The position numbers were made by a program, and so were the translations under genes. Shown here one piece after another: positions 12,423 to 24,920 of a DNA stretch of 64,000 nucleotides. Source of the DNA: Pristiophorus japonicus (lineage: Eukaryota); the NCBI RefSeq assembly GCF_044704955.1, contig NW_027251843.1, positions 930,001 to 994,000 on the forward strand, given 5' to 3'. Every line of letters begins with the position of its first letter. The stretch's first letter is position 1. The notes beneath the pieces were generated by a model, which did no database searches, was not told the DNA's origin, and worked only from the letters and a program-made list of their open reading frames with translations.

Positions 12423-13000
12423 GTGCAGTCCTGAGGGAGTGCTGCACTGTCAGAGGGGCAGTACTGAGGGAGTGCTGCACTATCGGAGGGGCAGTACTGA
12501 GGGAGTGCTGCACTGTCAGAGGGGCAGTACAGAGGGAGTGCTGCACTGTCGGGGCAGTACTGAAGGAGTGCCGCACTGTCAGGAGGGCCAGTACTGAGGG
12601 AGTGCTGCACTGTCAGAGGGACAGTACTGAGGGAGTGCTGCACTGTCAGAAGGGCAGTACTGAGGGAGTGCTGCACTGTCAGAGGGGCAGTACTGAGGGA
12701 GTGTCGCACTGTCAGAGGTGCAGTACTGAGGGAGTGCCGCACTGTCAGAGGGGCAGTACTGAAGGAGTGCCGCACTGTCAGAGGGGCAGTACTGAGGGAG
12801 CGCTGCACTGTCAGACGGGCAGTACTGAGGGAGTGCTGCAATGTCAGAGGCGCAGTATTGAGGGAGTGCCGCACTGTCGGAGGTTCAATACTGAGGGAGT
12901 GCCGCACTATCGGAGGGGCAGTACTGAGGGGGTGCCGCACTGCCAGAGGGGCAATATTGAGGGAGTGCCGCACTATCGGAGGGGCAGTACTGAGGGGGTG
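12423..13000 (+). repeat. 33-bp minisatellite derived from the SINE core (~17 units)
   Basis: Unit 'cagtactgagggagtgctgcactgtcagagggg', preceded by a SINE head at 12340-12420. Confidence 0.95.
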
Positions 13001-13002
13001 CC

Positions 13003-14120
13003 TGTAGGTGGTTTTCTCGGGCGTAACGTAAATGCACCTCCTACTACAAGTTCTGGACGATAGGGATTATATGGACAGATCAGACTCACATTTTTCAGGC
13101 TCAACCAAATAAGATTAACAACACCACTCATAAACAGTGCAAAACAGTACAACCCTGGCTTGTCCAATAAGCCCTGCCGTGTTAAGTTACCACGGCTTAA
13201 TAAAAGAACCCTCCCGTGAAATAAACTAACACAGGACCCCCCCCCCAGCACTAAACCCCTTGGGTTTGGTTGGGACTTACAATCACCCCCTCACACAGCT
13301 AAGTGGTCTTGTGGATGTGTAGGCGCAGGCAATATGCTCACCCTGATTGCCCGTTGTCTTGCTTGCAGCTTCTTCCTGAACGTCTCACTCCTGGGCTTTT
13401 TCCTGGGCTTTTCTGGAGCTTTTACCGGAGCTTTTTCCTGGGCTTTTTCCGGAGCTTTTTCCATAGCGTTCTTCCACCTGAGCTGGAGTTTGTTGCAAAG
13501 TGGCTCCTTATATCCCCAAAACTCATCACTTCTTCCGCCCGCCAATACTGACCGATGGATTGACTCCGGTGATCTGTCTGGACCCCTCCTCCCCCCCCCC
13601 CCCTCCCCCCGTGGCCTGGAGCGGCTCATAGCCTTTGAAATGTTTGTGAAAAATGATATTTTGTTTTGCCGCTCCCAGGCCTTGCATCTGGAGAGACAAT
13701 GGGTGCTGATTACTGGATGTCTGTCGTTTCCTGAGTTGATGACCCCCATTAGCAGGTAATGGGTTTCGATCACAAACCGATCTTGCTTAACCGGCTTATC
13801 TCCTGGAAGACAATGGGCCGGCCATTTCCTGCCTTGGACCAGTTTGGGTTGGGACTGAGTCGTGACTGTGCTTTAATAATGTGAGGGCACAGTGTCTCTG
13901 AGTTACCTCTCGGGGTATTGTTCCCAGGAATCACTTTAGATGGTGATGACATCAATAAGCCTGGGTTCCCTGTTACGCAGCCTGTCAGTGTGAAATGTCC
14001 GGTTGTATATGAATGCAGCTTAGTGCCACCCCCACAAGCTCGCCAAACAGCACAGTTCTTTCTTGGGATTTGGATTTAAGGATTTAAAGTATTGTTGATA
14101 GAAATGTCCAGAAAGCTGAT
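13003..14120 (-). repeat. LTR type 3 (3' LTR of the outer loki-like element, left arm)
   Basis: Ends ...CCACCTACA at 13003; matches 40071-41196 and 22758-23539; the first ~10 nt and the PPT are deleted in this copy. Confidence 0.8.
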
Positions 14121-14399
14121 GATATTTTGTCACCAAAACCAGAAATATCTCGATTCCGTCATCTTCTGCTGCGGGAGGTGCATTGTGGGTCCATTACTGA
14201 TCAATTACACCCAGGCTCCCGTTTCTTCTGATTTCCTGATTAAGACCGTTCTCTGAGCGCTTTTTCCCTCCACAGGTCGGGCTTTCGTTATTTGCATATA
14301 TATACAGTTCGTTCCGCATTATCGAGTGCCCCCGGTTAAAATCTCTCCTGTTGGGGCACCTTGCGGCTCGCGGCCGGTGAGTAAGGAGGCGTCCAAGGC

Positions 14400-14874
14400 G
14401 CCCTAGGCCGTGGTATCTGACTGTTTCTCCTTACTGTCCCGCCCTCTGGGTCATCATCATCGTCCTACACCATGGGAGGAAGACCCGTGTCCACCAGGCT
14501 CATTATCGTGCCCTGGTTTCTCTTTGCCTTTGTCTTCCCCCCTCCTTGGGGTTAAACAACTTGCATTGGTTGATATGGCAGCATTTTGTATGTTTCGGGA
14601 GTCTGACTGCATATACCATGGGGCTGGCCTTATCTACGATGTTATAAGGCCCCATGTACAGTGGCTCGAATGCCCCCACTCGAGCACAGTTCCTGAACAT
14701 TACCTGGTCTCCCACCTTCCACTCGTGGCTTCTCCGGGGCTCAAGTAGCAACCGATGTTTCCCGGTGCTGGTTCCCCAGGTTACTGGCTGCCTGCCAGTG
14801 AATCTGTTTTAAAACATCAAACAGATTCTGGACAAACCTGTCCCGGTTTACCTCGCGGTCATGAGCTCATGTGC
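14400..14874 (-). pseudogene. Integrase C-terminal (GPY/F) remnant of the outer element
   Basis: WKVGDQVMFRNCARVGAFEPLYMGPYNIVDKASPMVYAVRLPK is paralogous to the inner element's IN C-terminus. Confidence 0.85.
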
Positions 14875-15691
14875 TGTAGGGTGTTGGTTTTCCACTCTAC
14901 TCTGATTCATAGACCTCGGGAATTACAGGAAGGACTCCATGTAATGCAAAGTTTAGGCTTAAACCCAACTGTTAGTTTATTACACAAAAAACAATTAAAC
15001 ATTACAGAACAAGTCTTCTTAGAGATTGACCGAAGACATACAATCGCCCATCCAGCCAGTTGCTACTGTTGTCCATTGTCGGCTCGTGGAGCGAGGGAAG
15101 GTGTTGTGGCCCTGCTGCTGCTTCGTGGCTGTAGTTCATTGACCTGCTGGTTTGAGATGTTTCTTCGACCTGTTCTTCCTCTCTCTGAACCTTTGTTCTC
15201 AGCTCTTACAGATATATCCATTTGATTATACACATCTCCTGCTCGGCTGCCTTTCAGTTAATGCAGCTGGATGAGCCTCGATGGCTGTGGTGATGGGTCT
15301 GGATCTGTTCGGATGGCCACAATTCACACATGGAATCGACGGGGCAAAAGATAACTCCTTATCTTTTGTGCCCCGTTATCCAAGAATGCATGCCTTGTGG
15401 GATCCTTTGTTGTCCTGGGTTTTCGCAGACTTGGAGTCTCCAGAGGGAACTGGTTTTCCCCTCCGGCCAATGAATCCATGGGCTGCTCTGCTTGATTGTA
15501 TCAAACCCTTTGTCTCGATGTTAATCGGGTCTCACTCCTGACCCCAGAAATCACATTAATCAGTGATCAATCATCACCTTCCCCAGGCTGGTGCTCTTTC
15601 TCCTGCCCAACAGTCCCAAAGGTTTTCTTTTCAGCCATTTTAGTCCATGGCCTCTTGCTGTGCCTCGATCATGAAACATATAACCCTTACA
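14875..15691 (-). repeat. LTR type 2 (3' LTR of the inner loki-like element, left arm)
   Basis: PPT AAAGGGGGAAG, then TGTAAGG...CCCTACA; contains TATA-like and AATAAA signals; matches 38471-39288. Confidence 0.85.
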
Positions 15692-15859
15692 CTTCCCCCT
15701 TTAATATCTCTTGTTATAAACTCAGAGACATTACTCTAGGTGACTTCTTCTTCTTTCCCTTGAGCTCTTTTGGGTGTATTGCAGTCTTCAGTCAAATCTC
15801 CACATTACATACTTTTTACAACAAAACAATGTTTGGCCTTAATCCATCTGACTTCAGTT

Positions 15860-17010
15860 TATACTTTTACAAACACTTGCGCCTTGGTTGATTTTAATAA
15901 CCTTTCAAGATTCCCTTCCCTCATCTTTTGCTTTAATTAACAGGACAAGACGAATAGATACAACACTATTACCAACTGTACAATTACTAACAAGTGTGAT
16001 ACAATTCGAACCCAGGAGGGGATCTCAATATTGAGTCCCACATCCCACTGTGGAGGGGCAATCATTTCCTCAATTTCCGCCCTTACTTTTTCATTCTTTT
16101 GTTGTAACGTGTAATAATGTTTGTGGGACAACTCGATGTTCTTTAACAGTTCAGTCAAATGTTTGGGTAACGGTGGGATATAGTATCCAACACGCGATAT
16201 GTATCCCTGGAGGTTCGTAACGTATCATTGACTGTAATATGGATATGTTTGTGGTCTGAGATAGGAATTATTCTTTCTTGTGCTACTTGTGCCTCAACCT
16301 GGGGTTTGAAACAAAAGGAAGAATCTTTCAGCATTTTAGGGAGAGGTTTTAATCTGCTTGCGATCAGTTCGGTCGCATTGACTGCCTTTGGTCAAGGTCA
16401 CACAGGAATCAAAACCCTGCGTCCAATTCATTCCTGACCCAGAATTCTGCCATTGTCATTTAAAAACAATCCCCACACCTCCCCTGCACTTGTGGCTAGA
16501 TCCAACCACACAGACATAAATCCCTTGTTCCTCCTTCCACCACTTTTCCCAACACAATTTCACCCCTTCTCTTGTTCCTCTGCTCCACCTGTTTGAGTTA
16601 TTACCCAGTTTCTCCCATTCTGTGGATGCATTAACTTTTCCCCTGACTGTTTTCTGTAACCACCACCACCCTTCCATGGGGGTAATCCCTTTACATTCCA
16701 GACAAACTCGTCTCCCCTCTCTCACCCGTACATTCCTGGTCGTGATGTTTAGCCTGGGGCAGGACACTGACACCTCCCCAAGTTTACCCTCGGTTTGTCT
16801 GGAGTACTTGGTCGAATTTGACCCTAACCACCCTGGCCAGCTCCCAGTGTGAGCATAGGTGTTTGTGCCCTTGTTGCTCCGTATGGCTCCCCCTTGAGTT
16901 ACAGTGGGGCCGGTTCCTCCCATACACCCGTGTGTAAGGAATGTCTCGGTGTCTCCCCGATCTCCCAATCCTTTAATAATAATGGCCATCCACAGGCCTA
17001 TCCACAACAT
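15860..17010 (-). pseudogene. env: Env-position membrane protein with signal peptide, Ig-like domain, heptad region and TM anchor (disrupted)
   Basis: Upstream splice acceptor 'tttgtcttatag'; signal MLWIGLWMAIIIKG; Ig motif VRVREGRRVCLEC..W..EEQGIYVC; TM IVSHLLVIVQLVIVLYLFVL. Confidence 0.7.
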
Positions 17011-17232
17011 CCACCTCCTCTCGTACCCTTGGCTCGATTCGCTCCTATAAAGACAAAAATGAAAGAAATACTTTTGCTCTGTGGGGCCTCCCCCTCACAG
17101 GTCCTTCTTCAGTTATTCACAAATGTACATAACTCCTTTTTACAATCACTGCTTCCCTCTCCTTTTATCCCGATGCTTGGGCTTACAGAGGCTCGGGGGT
17201 GGAGATGGAGGAGGTGTCCAGGGCACCCTAGG

Positions 17233-20200
17233 TCACAGTACCTGACCACTCCACCTTACTGCTCCGTCCCTTACTTCTCCATCCTCATCATCCCACAGTA
17301 TTGGTGGGAGGCTTACACTGATCAAACTCATTATTGTTCCAGGGGCCTTGGCCCGCTTTTTACTTTTCTCTCCGGGGTTGTACAGCTGACACTGGTTTAT
17401 ATGGAACCATTTTATATGTTTTGGCAGCTGGATCGTGTACACCATAGGGCTTGCCTTGCCTACAATGCTATATGGTCCTTTGTACAATGGTTCAAATGCC
17501 GCTATTCTGGTATAATTCCTGACCATTACCTGATCCCCTACCCTCCATTCCTGTGTAACCCAGGGTTCCAGCAGCAGTTTATCCTGCTGGTGCTGCCTGC
17601 CCATATTGTGAGCTTCTTCCCAATGCAGCCCCTTCAGAGTACCATACAGATCTCTGACAAACCTGTCCCATGTGATCTCTTTAACCTGCGTTTCAGTCAG
17701 GACTGGTGCTAGGATATGGGTCGGGGCCCTCATTAGTCTCCTGTCATCATCACATGTGGGGAGTGTCCCGTACTCTTAGAGAGACTGGCTCGGTGGCTCA
17801 TCAGTATTCGGGGTAGGGTCTCATCCCATTTCTTCGGGGTATCTCCTATCTCCTTCCTAAGCCTCTCTTTTAAGGTCCGGTTTGTCCTCTCCTGGATCTA
17901 ACGATTGGGGGTTATACGCCACATGCCATTTCCCCTGTATCCCTAACAGCTTTAGGGTGGCCTGCATTACTGCTCCGGTGAAATGACTCCCTTGATCTGA
18001 TTCCACTATCAGGGGCAGTCCCCATTGAGAAAATACTTCTCGCACCAGAACCTTTGCTGTGACTATCGCGGTGGCCGCCCGACATGGAAAAGCTTCAACC
18101 CATTTTGTAAAGAGATGTATTAACACCAAGCAATATTTATTGCCTCTGCCTGAGGTGGGCAGTGGCCCAATGGAATCTATCTGTATAGACTGCCATGGCA
18201 CCTCTACCCTCCTCGTGTGTCCCAACGGAGCCTTCCTCGGTGGGGGTGTGGATTGTTTGTGGCACATACCAGACAATTCTGGCAATAATCCCTGACATCA
18301 CTTCTAAGCCCGGGCCACCATCCCACGGCTTCTACTTTATTCCACATTGTTTCTGGCCCTGGATGTCCAGCTCCTGGACCCACATGCACCAGCTGCAAGA
18401 ATTCTTCCCTGCATTGCCCTGGCACGATCCAACTATCTCCTTGAACAATATTCCTTGCTTTACTGCTATGTCTGCAGCTCCCAAAGTTCCCGCTACAGAC
18501 TTCCCATCCATCTTGTCCCTTATCGCTGCTCTAAGGTCTGCATCCCGTAGCTGAGCCTGTTTTAAATCAGGCGGCAATGGGACTTCTTTGGGCCCCTCTC
18601 TGCCTGTTACAGCCATGATCTGTCCACAGTGACATGGGTCCCAAGGTGTCCCTTCTCCTGCCCCTGTTTTAGCCAGTGTGTCTGCTTTCTCATTCCCTTC
18701 CCACTTCGGCTCTGTTTTAGAGTGTGCTTTGACCTTTTGGATGTAGTCACCCTTCTGGTACGTACCCGTGACATCCAAAATGACTTTTAACAATGGAACC
18801 ATCACCAACCATTTTCCATCTGAGGGCTTAAACCCTCGCCTCGCCAATATGGCTAAATACTCTGTACAGGAGTTAGAAATGAACATGGAGTCTGAACATA
18901 TCATACAGGGAGTTGGGAATTCGTTCGGGTGTGTGACTACATACGCTACTGCTGCTAGCTCGGTCTGCTGCGTACTTAAAGTGTTGGGGATTTTATGGCT
19001 TTCTCCATCACTGCCTCTGGATCGTAAATCCCACAGCCTGTCTTCTCTCTCTGTTTATTACTGAACTGGACCCATCTACATAGACGTCCCTGCCTGTCAG
19101 GTGTTCTCCTGCTCAGAATCCCACATCTACATCCCACACTCCTTCCACTGAACACACATGAGCTGTCCCCGGATAAACCAGGCTCGGGGCCTCTCGACCT
19201 TCAGGTCGAACTGAGTAAGCAACAATGTCCAGCGGGCAATCCTGTTACTGCTCACTGTCCCATCTTTCATTCTACCATCCAGTAACATTTGTGTTGTGGT
19301 GTGACAGGTCAGTAAAGTTACTGTAGCTAACCCTGTGAGCGACCGAAAATGCTTCACTGCCCAACATATTACTAACAGATGTCGTTCGCAATTCGAAAAG
19401 CTCTTTTCTACTTCGGTGAGAACTCGGGAGACGTAGGCCACCGGTCTCAGCTTGCTGTGTCGCTCCTGGAGTAACACTGCACTCAAACTGTCCCCAGTCA
19501 TTGCTACCTCCAGACTAAAGTCCTGGTCCCCATTTACTGCTCCCGATGCTGGTGCTGTCTGTAACACCTCTTTTAACCAAATGAAAGTTTCCTGACAAGT
19601 CTCACTCCATTCCCACTCTACTCCTTTCCTAAGAAGCCTCAACAAAGGAGCTGCCATGGTTACATATCCCTCTATGAATTCCCTGCAGTGACCCGTTATT
19701 CCCAGGAAAGACCTTACTCCAGACACGTCCTTCGGAACAGGTAGTTCCTGGACTGACTTTCTCTTCGCTCCATCTATGGCTCTCTCTCCTGCCCCAATGG
19801 TCAAACCTAGAAACTGCACCTCCTCTTTGCCTATTTGAGCTTTCTGGGGATTTACTTTAAAACCTGCTTCTTTCAACAAATGCAGTAACTCACTCAATAA
19901 TGGCCCGTGGTCCTCCGCACTTTCGGAGAATAACAACAGGTCGTCCACATATTGGACCAACCGGTCTGGCTGACTAAAACCGTTTAATGCCTCGGCCAAA
20001 CTCTGGTGGAAGATCGAGGGACTGTTGTGAAACCCTTGTGGAAGACATGTCCACTTATACTGCTGACCTTTAAAGGTAAAGGTAGATTTATACTGGTCCT
20101 CCCATCTCAGGGGAATGGACCAAAACCCGTTTGAAATGTCCAGCACTGTGAAAGTTGTTGTGGCCGCAGGGATACTCCCGATCAAATCCGCTACCACTGC

Positions 20201-21019
20201 TACCGTGGGCGCACAGGCTGGAATATTTTTTATTCAGGATTCGGTCATCTACCGTGGCCCTCCATGAGTTATCGGGCTTCTTTACTGGCCATAGGGGTGA
20301 GTTTACATGTGTGGCTATGGTCCTCAACACACCTTGATCCACCAGGGAATTTATAGCAGTTTCCAAATCCCTTTCTGCTTCCCGGGGAAAATTATACTGT
20401 TTTTGGGGTCGTGTCATCGAATCCCCGTCTATCTTCACCTCTACCCCAGGTACTATCCCGCAATCGTGCTTGTGCATTGCAAACGCATCCATATTCTCCC
20501 GTACATACCTTGATACCGGGCCGGAATGTTATCGACTAATCGTTCTCAGTCATAACTCCCTTTCGGCTTCATCGTGCAGGTGCTGCCTTTGTCTGTACTG
20601 TCCCTGGGAATCACTACGATCTCTCCCATCTTATCTGCATCAAATGCCCCCCATAGACAATTGTTTTCCATATCCACTATGGTGTGGTGTGTCAACATGT
20701 AGTCGGCCCCGAGAACTCCCGAACCGGGCTGTTCCCACTTCATTAAAATGCCCTCCCATTTCATTATGTTCGGCCCTAACTCTACGGTTCAGGGTTTCCA
20801 CACTGCCCCAGCCTGCTCATTACCCGTAAAACCCACCAGTGTAAATGGTACTCTGCTCGACCACGGGGAAGTGGTCGGATTCGGTAAGTGGACAACCGTG
20901 CTAGAGGCTCCTGTATCTACCAGATACCTTCCCCTCACTGTTTCCACCTTCACATCCACACATGACCTGCCCCACCCATCATATATGAGCAGACACAGGT
21001 ATTCTGGCTGGGCACACCG
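17233..21019 (-). pseudogene. pol: pol (PR-RT-tether-RNase H-IN) of a lokiretrovirus-like element, frameshifted
   Basis: DTGA protease; LPQG and YVDD RT motifs; RPVAY tether; second RNase H (YVDGS..ELAA..SDS..KVKAH..GNEKAD); HHCC and DDE integrase. Confidence 0.9.
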
Positions 21020-22659
21020 TCACAGTGGGGGTGCCGACACATTGGGTCCCTTTTCTCCCACTGCTGCGTCCAGCTTTCCTCCACCCGTGCCCATAACCTG
21101 CTGTAATGCGGCCACTAAAACCTGCACTGGGTCGTCGGCTACCTTCTTCTGGCCTTTTCCTGCCTCAGCACCTCGTACCCTGGCTTCCCTCCTTTAGAGA
21201 GCCTACAATCCTTGCTCCAGTCTCCCAACTTCCCACAGTTAAAACACTCACCTTTAGATCGACCCGCATTACCTCCCTCTTGTCTCCATTCTTTCTATGG
21301 CCTAACCTCTCCTTTTACTTCGTGTACCTTCCCGTTTAGTTTCTCCTCCTCCCCTTGCCTAGACTTAAAGCTAGAGTTAATCTTCTCAGCACCCCTGCCT
21401 CTGTATTCTGGAGATGGTCTGGGTCAAACCATACTTCAACCTTTGCTCTGAGCCGGTTCTCAGCCAATGGTCCCTGGGTTCCCCTATTAAATCTGCCCGC
21501 ACCAGATTTCCTCCAGCAGCCCTGAAATAAATCACCCACAGTCTGTCTGCAAACGTATCGGGCGATTCGTTTACTTGCTGCCTAGTCTGTTCTACCTGCC
21601 AGAACGGACTACCCTGACTGTACCCGAGCACTGCCATCATTTGCTCCTTTAAGCCCTGTGGGGTTCCTGCACCTAACTTGGTGGCTGTCGACAAGCTCTG
21701 ATAAAGCTTCCCCTCCAGCGAGAGCAGTGTTAGCTTCACTTTCTCCTCCTCGCTGCAGTTATTGATACCCGCTATCTGCTCTATATTAGCAAAATGAACA
21801 GAGGCATCCCCTCCTTGCTTTAACTGTACTACACCCATCAGCATCTCCTGCAGCTGAAGCGGTGTGTATGGGATCACTGGTCGCTCTGTAATGGTGCCGG
21901 ACCACCATTTGGGGGGGTGGGCTGAATTTCTGCTGTCTCAAAGGACACATCGGTTTCAGGGGTCCCGGTGCCTCAGGAGCCGGCCGATGCTCGCTATTCT
22001 CGGGCCCATCGTCTGACTCTTTCCCCTCTGGATCCCAATCTTCCTCGCCTGTTCCGTGTGCCCTGAGACAAACCATCCCTTTGGTCCCGTCTAACTCTGC
22101 CGTTAATTGGTGGATCTTTTCCTTACAAGGTCCGTGATCTGCTCTCGCGTAACCCTGTTTCTGAGCTACCTGATAGGCTATCGACTCTCCTGAGCTGGTC
22201 CTCTGCCTCTTTGGCTCTTTCTAAATGCCTTTCACTTTGTTCAATGTGGGTCTGCTGCTGCTTTTTGCACTCGGTCACCTGGCATTGTAAATACTCAAAG
22301 TGATTCCGTGCCGTTTCTTCCTTCCTACCCTGGTCCTGCCTTTCCTTCTCCAAACTGCCTACCTCGCCCTTTAACCCTTTATTCTCCTCCTCCAGCTTTC
22401 TGACCCTTTCTTTTAACAGTTGTGTCTGCTTCTGCAGGCACATGAGCCAAACCTCCTTCTCTTTTGACCCTTTGTGGTTACCACTGACTGTCCACTCTGT
22501 CGCTTTTTCCTGCGGATCCCCAGAGTGCAGCATTTCCCGTGCCCACAGCCCTGAAATGTTCAATTTGTTGCCTATATATCCAGCTACCTTAGCCTCCATG
22601 GACTTCCTACGATGGCTGTTAGCTGCGGGCTCGACCGCGTTTTGCTGCGGTGAGTCCAT
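21020..22659 (-). pseudogene. gag: gag with N-terminal coiled coil, frameshifted
   Basis: ORF 22123..22659 is coiled-coil-like; a CA-like segment follows, then a degenerate knuckle CFNCGKLGDWSKDC; stop TGA at 21020-21022. Confidence 0.8.
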
Positions 22660-22757
22660 TTCCAGTGCCTCTGGCTGAGAAATTCTCCCTGACTACCTTG
22701 GTGTCCCCTGAGACCACCTCGCAGTGACCTGCGGTTCCTGTTACTCTGGCTTCTCTC

Positions 22758-23539
22758 TGTGGCTAAGTGGTCTTGTGGATGTGTAGGCGCAGGCAATATG
22801 CTCACCCTGATTGCCCGTTGTCTTGCTTGCAGCTTCTTCCTGAACGTCTCGCTCCTGGGCTTTTTCCTGAGCTTTTTCCTGGGCTTTTTCCGGGGCTTTC
22901 TTCCTCCTGAGCTGGAGCTTGTTGCAAAGCGGCTCCTTATATCCCCAAAACCCATCACCTTTCTTCCCGCCAATACTGACCGATGGATTGACAACGGTGA
23001 TCTGTCTGGACTCCCTCCCCCCGTGGCCTGGAGTGGCTCGTAGCCTTTGAAATCTTTGTGAAAAATGATATTTTGTTTTCCCGCTCCCAGGCCTTGCGTC
23101 TGGAGAGACAATGGGTGCTGATTACTGGATGTCTGTCGTTTCCTGAGTTGATGGCCCCCATTAGCAGGTAATGGGTTTCGATCACAAACCGATCTTGCTT
23201 AACCGGCTTATCTCCTGGAAGAAAACGGGCCGGCCATTTCCTGCCTCGCACCAGTTTGGGTTGGGACTGAGTCGTGACTGTGCTTTAATAATGTGAGGGC
23301 ACAGTGTCTCTGAGTTACCTCTCGGGGTATTGTTCCCAGGAATCACTTTAGATGGTGATGACATCAATGGGCCTGGGTTCCCAGCCACCCAGCCTGTCAG
23401 TGTGAAATGTCCGGTTGTATATGAATGCACCTCAGTGCCACCCCCACAAACTCGCCAAACAGGACAGTTCTTTCTTGGGGATTTGGATTTAAGGATTTAA
23501 AGTATTGTTGATAGAAATGGCCAGAAAGCTGGAGCTACA
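22758..23539 (-). repeat. LTR type 3, 3'-truncated (5' LTR of the outer element)
   Basis: Starts TGTAGC at 23539; joins the inner element leader at a TAGC microhomology. Confidence 0.8.
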
Positions 23540-23544
23540 ATTCT

Positions 23545-24672
23545 TCACCTCTCCACTCACCCCACCCCCCCAGGACAATAACGTATGTTCTTCAACGCTC
23601 CCCTCCCTCTCTCTTTCTCTCTCTCTCCCTCCCTCCCCTCACCCGGAGACAATAATGGGATGCTCCTCACCTCTCCCTCTCCTGTCCCTCCGGGGACAAT
23701 AATGGGATGTTCCTCACCTCTCCCTCTGCTCTCCCACCCCCTCCCGGGGACAATAATGGTTTATTCCTCACCTCTCCTTCTCCTCTCCCACCCCCTCCAG
23801 GGGACAATAATGGTATGTTCCTCACCTCTCATAAGAACTGAAGAAATAGGAGCAGGAGTAGGCCACACCGCCCCTCGAGCCTGCTCCCCCATTTAATCCA
23901 ATCATGGCTGATCCGATCATGGACTCAGGTCCACTTCCCTGCTCATTCCCCATAACCCATTATAATTTAAGAAACTCTATTTCTGTCTAAAATGTATTTA
24001 ATGTCCCAGCTTCCACAGCTCTCTGAGGCAGCGAATTCCACAGATTTACAACCATCTGAGAGAAGAAATTCCTCCTCATCTCAGTTTTAAATGGGCAGCC
24101 TCCTATTCTCAGATTAAGCCCTCTAGTTCTAGTCTCCCCCATCAGTGGAAACATCCTCTCTGCATCCACCTTGTCAAGCCCCCTCATAATCTTATATGTT
24201 TTGATAAGATCACCTCTCATTCTTCTGAATTCCAATGAGCGGTGGCCCAACCTACTCAACCATTCCTCATAAGTCAACCCGCTCTCCTTCTTCGCCCCCC
24301 CGGAGACAATAATGGTATGTTTCTCACCTCTGCCTCTCCTCTACCCCCCTCCCTCTCTGGGAAAATAATGGTATGTTCCGCACCTCTCCCTCTCCCCCAC
24401 CCCAGGGACAATAATGGTATGATCCTCACCGCTCTCTCTCTCTCGTCGTCTCCCCGGGTCAATAATTGTATGTTCCTCAAGTCTCCGTCTCCTCTCCACC
24501 ACCCCCATCCCTGTGGACAATAATGGTATGTTCCTCACCTCTCCCCATTCTCTCCTTCCCCCGGGAACAATAATAGCATGTCCTCACCTCTTCTCCACCC
24601 ACGATGAAAACAATTGTATGTTCCTCACCTCTCCTCATCCTCTTGCACCCCCAGGGACAATAATGGTATGTT
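23545..24672 (+). repeat. Degenerate minisatellite (ggacaataatggtatgttcctcacctctcc + CT-rich spacer), split by CR1
   Basis: About 13 copies of the core, on both sides of the CR1 insert. Confidence 0.85.
23830..24280 (-). mobile_element. CR1 LINE 3' fragment
   Basis: ORF 23987..24277 is a CR1 ORF2 C-terminus with a 'cataagaac' tail. Confidence 0.9.
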
Positions 24673-24920
24673 CCTGTTGGTTCCCCTGGATCATTCTCAG
24701 TTACTGAGGAAGTCCATGTAGCCCCTGTTGGGTTCCCCTGGATCATTCTCAGCTACTGAGGAAGTCCATGTAGCCCCTGTTGGGTTCCCCTGGATCATTC
24801 TCAGTTACTGAGGAACTCCATGTAGCCCCTGTTGGGTTCCCCTGGATCATTCTCAGTTACTGAGGAAGTCCATGTAGCCCCTGTTGGGTTCGCCTGGATC
24901 ATTCTCAGTTATTGAGGAAG
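24673..24920 (+). repeat. 52-bp tandem repeat (~4.7 copies)
   Basis: Unit 'gttgggttcccctggatcattctcagttactgaggaagtccatgtagcccct'; copies near-identical. Confidence 0.95.

Larger units (their letters stand above)
12217..22760 (-). repeat. Left arm of an inverted segmental duplication (pairs with 31283-41655)
   Basis: Collinear reverse-complement similarity, including host flank, minisatellite and retroelement; shared inactivating mutations. Confidence 0.95.

Noticed and set aside
12386-13063. Long repetitive ORFs on both strands
   Set aside because: Translations of the 33-bp minisatellite (unit length divisible by 3).
13291-13773. ORFs with EKAQ/KKPR repeats in LTR3 (also 22584-23111 and 40357-40893)
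   Set aside because: They arise from a 12-bp repeat downstream of the LTR TATA box; frames and stops differ among the three copies.
16849-17712. 287-aa antisense ORF over the loki-like IN/env junction (partly shared at 36612-37238)
   Set aside because: GTG start, no recognisable motif, truncated in the second copy; sharing is explained by the duplication.
24673-24920. Regular repeats resembling a CRISPR array
   Set aside because: Head-to-tail tandem units without unique spacers; eukaryotic DNA; no cas genes.
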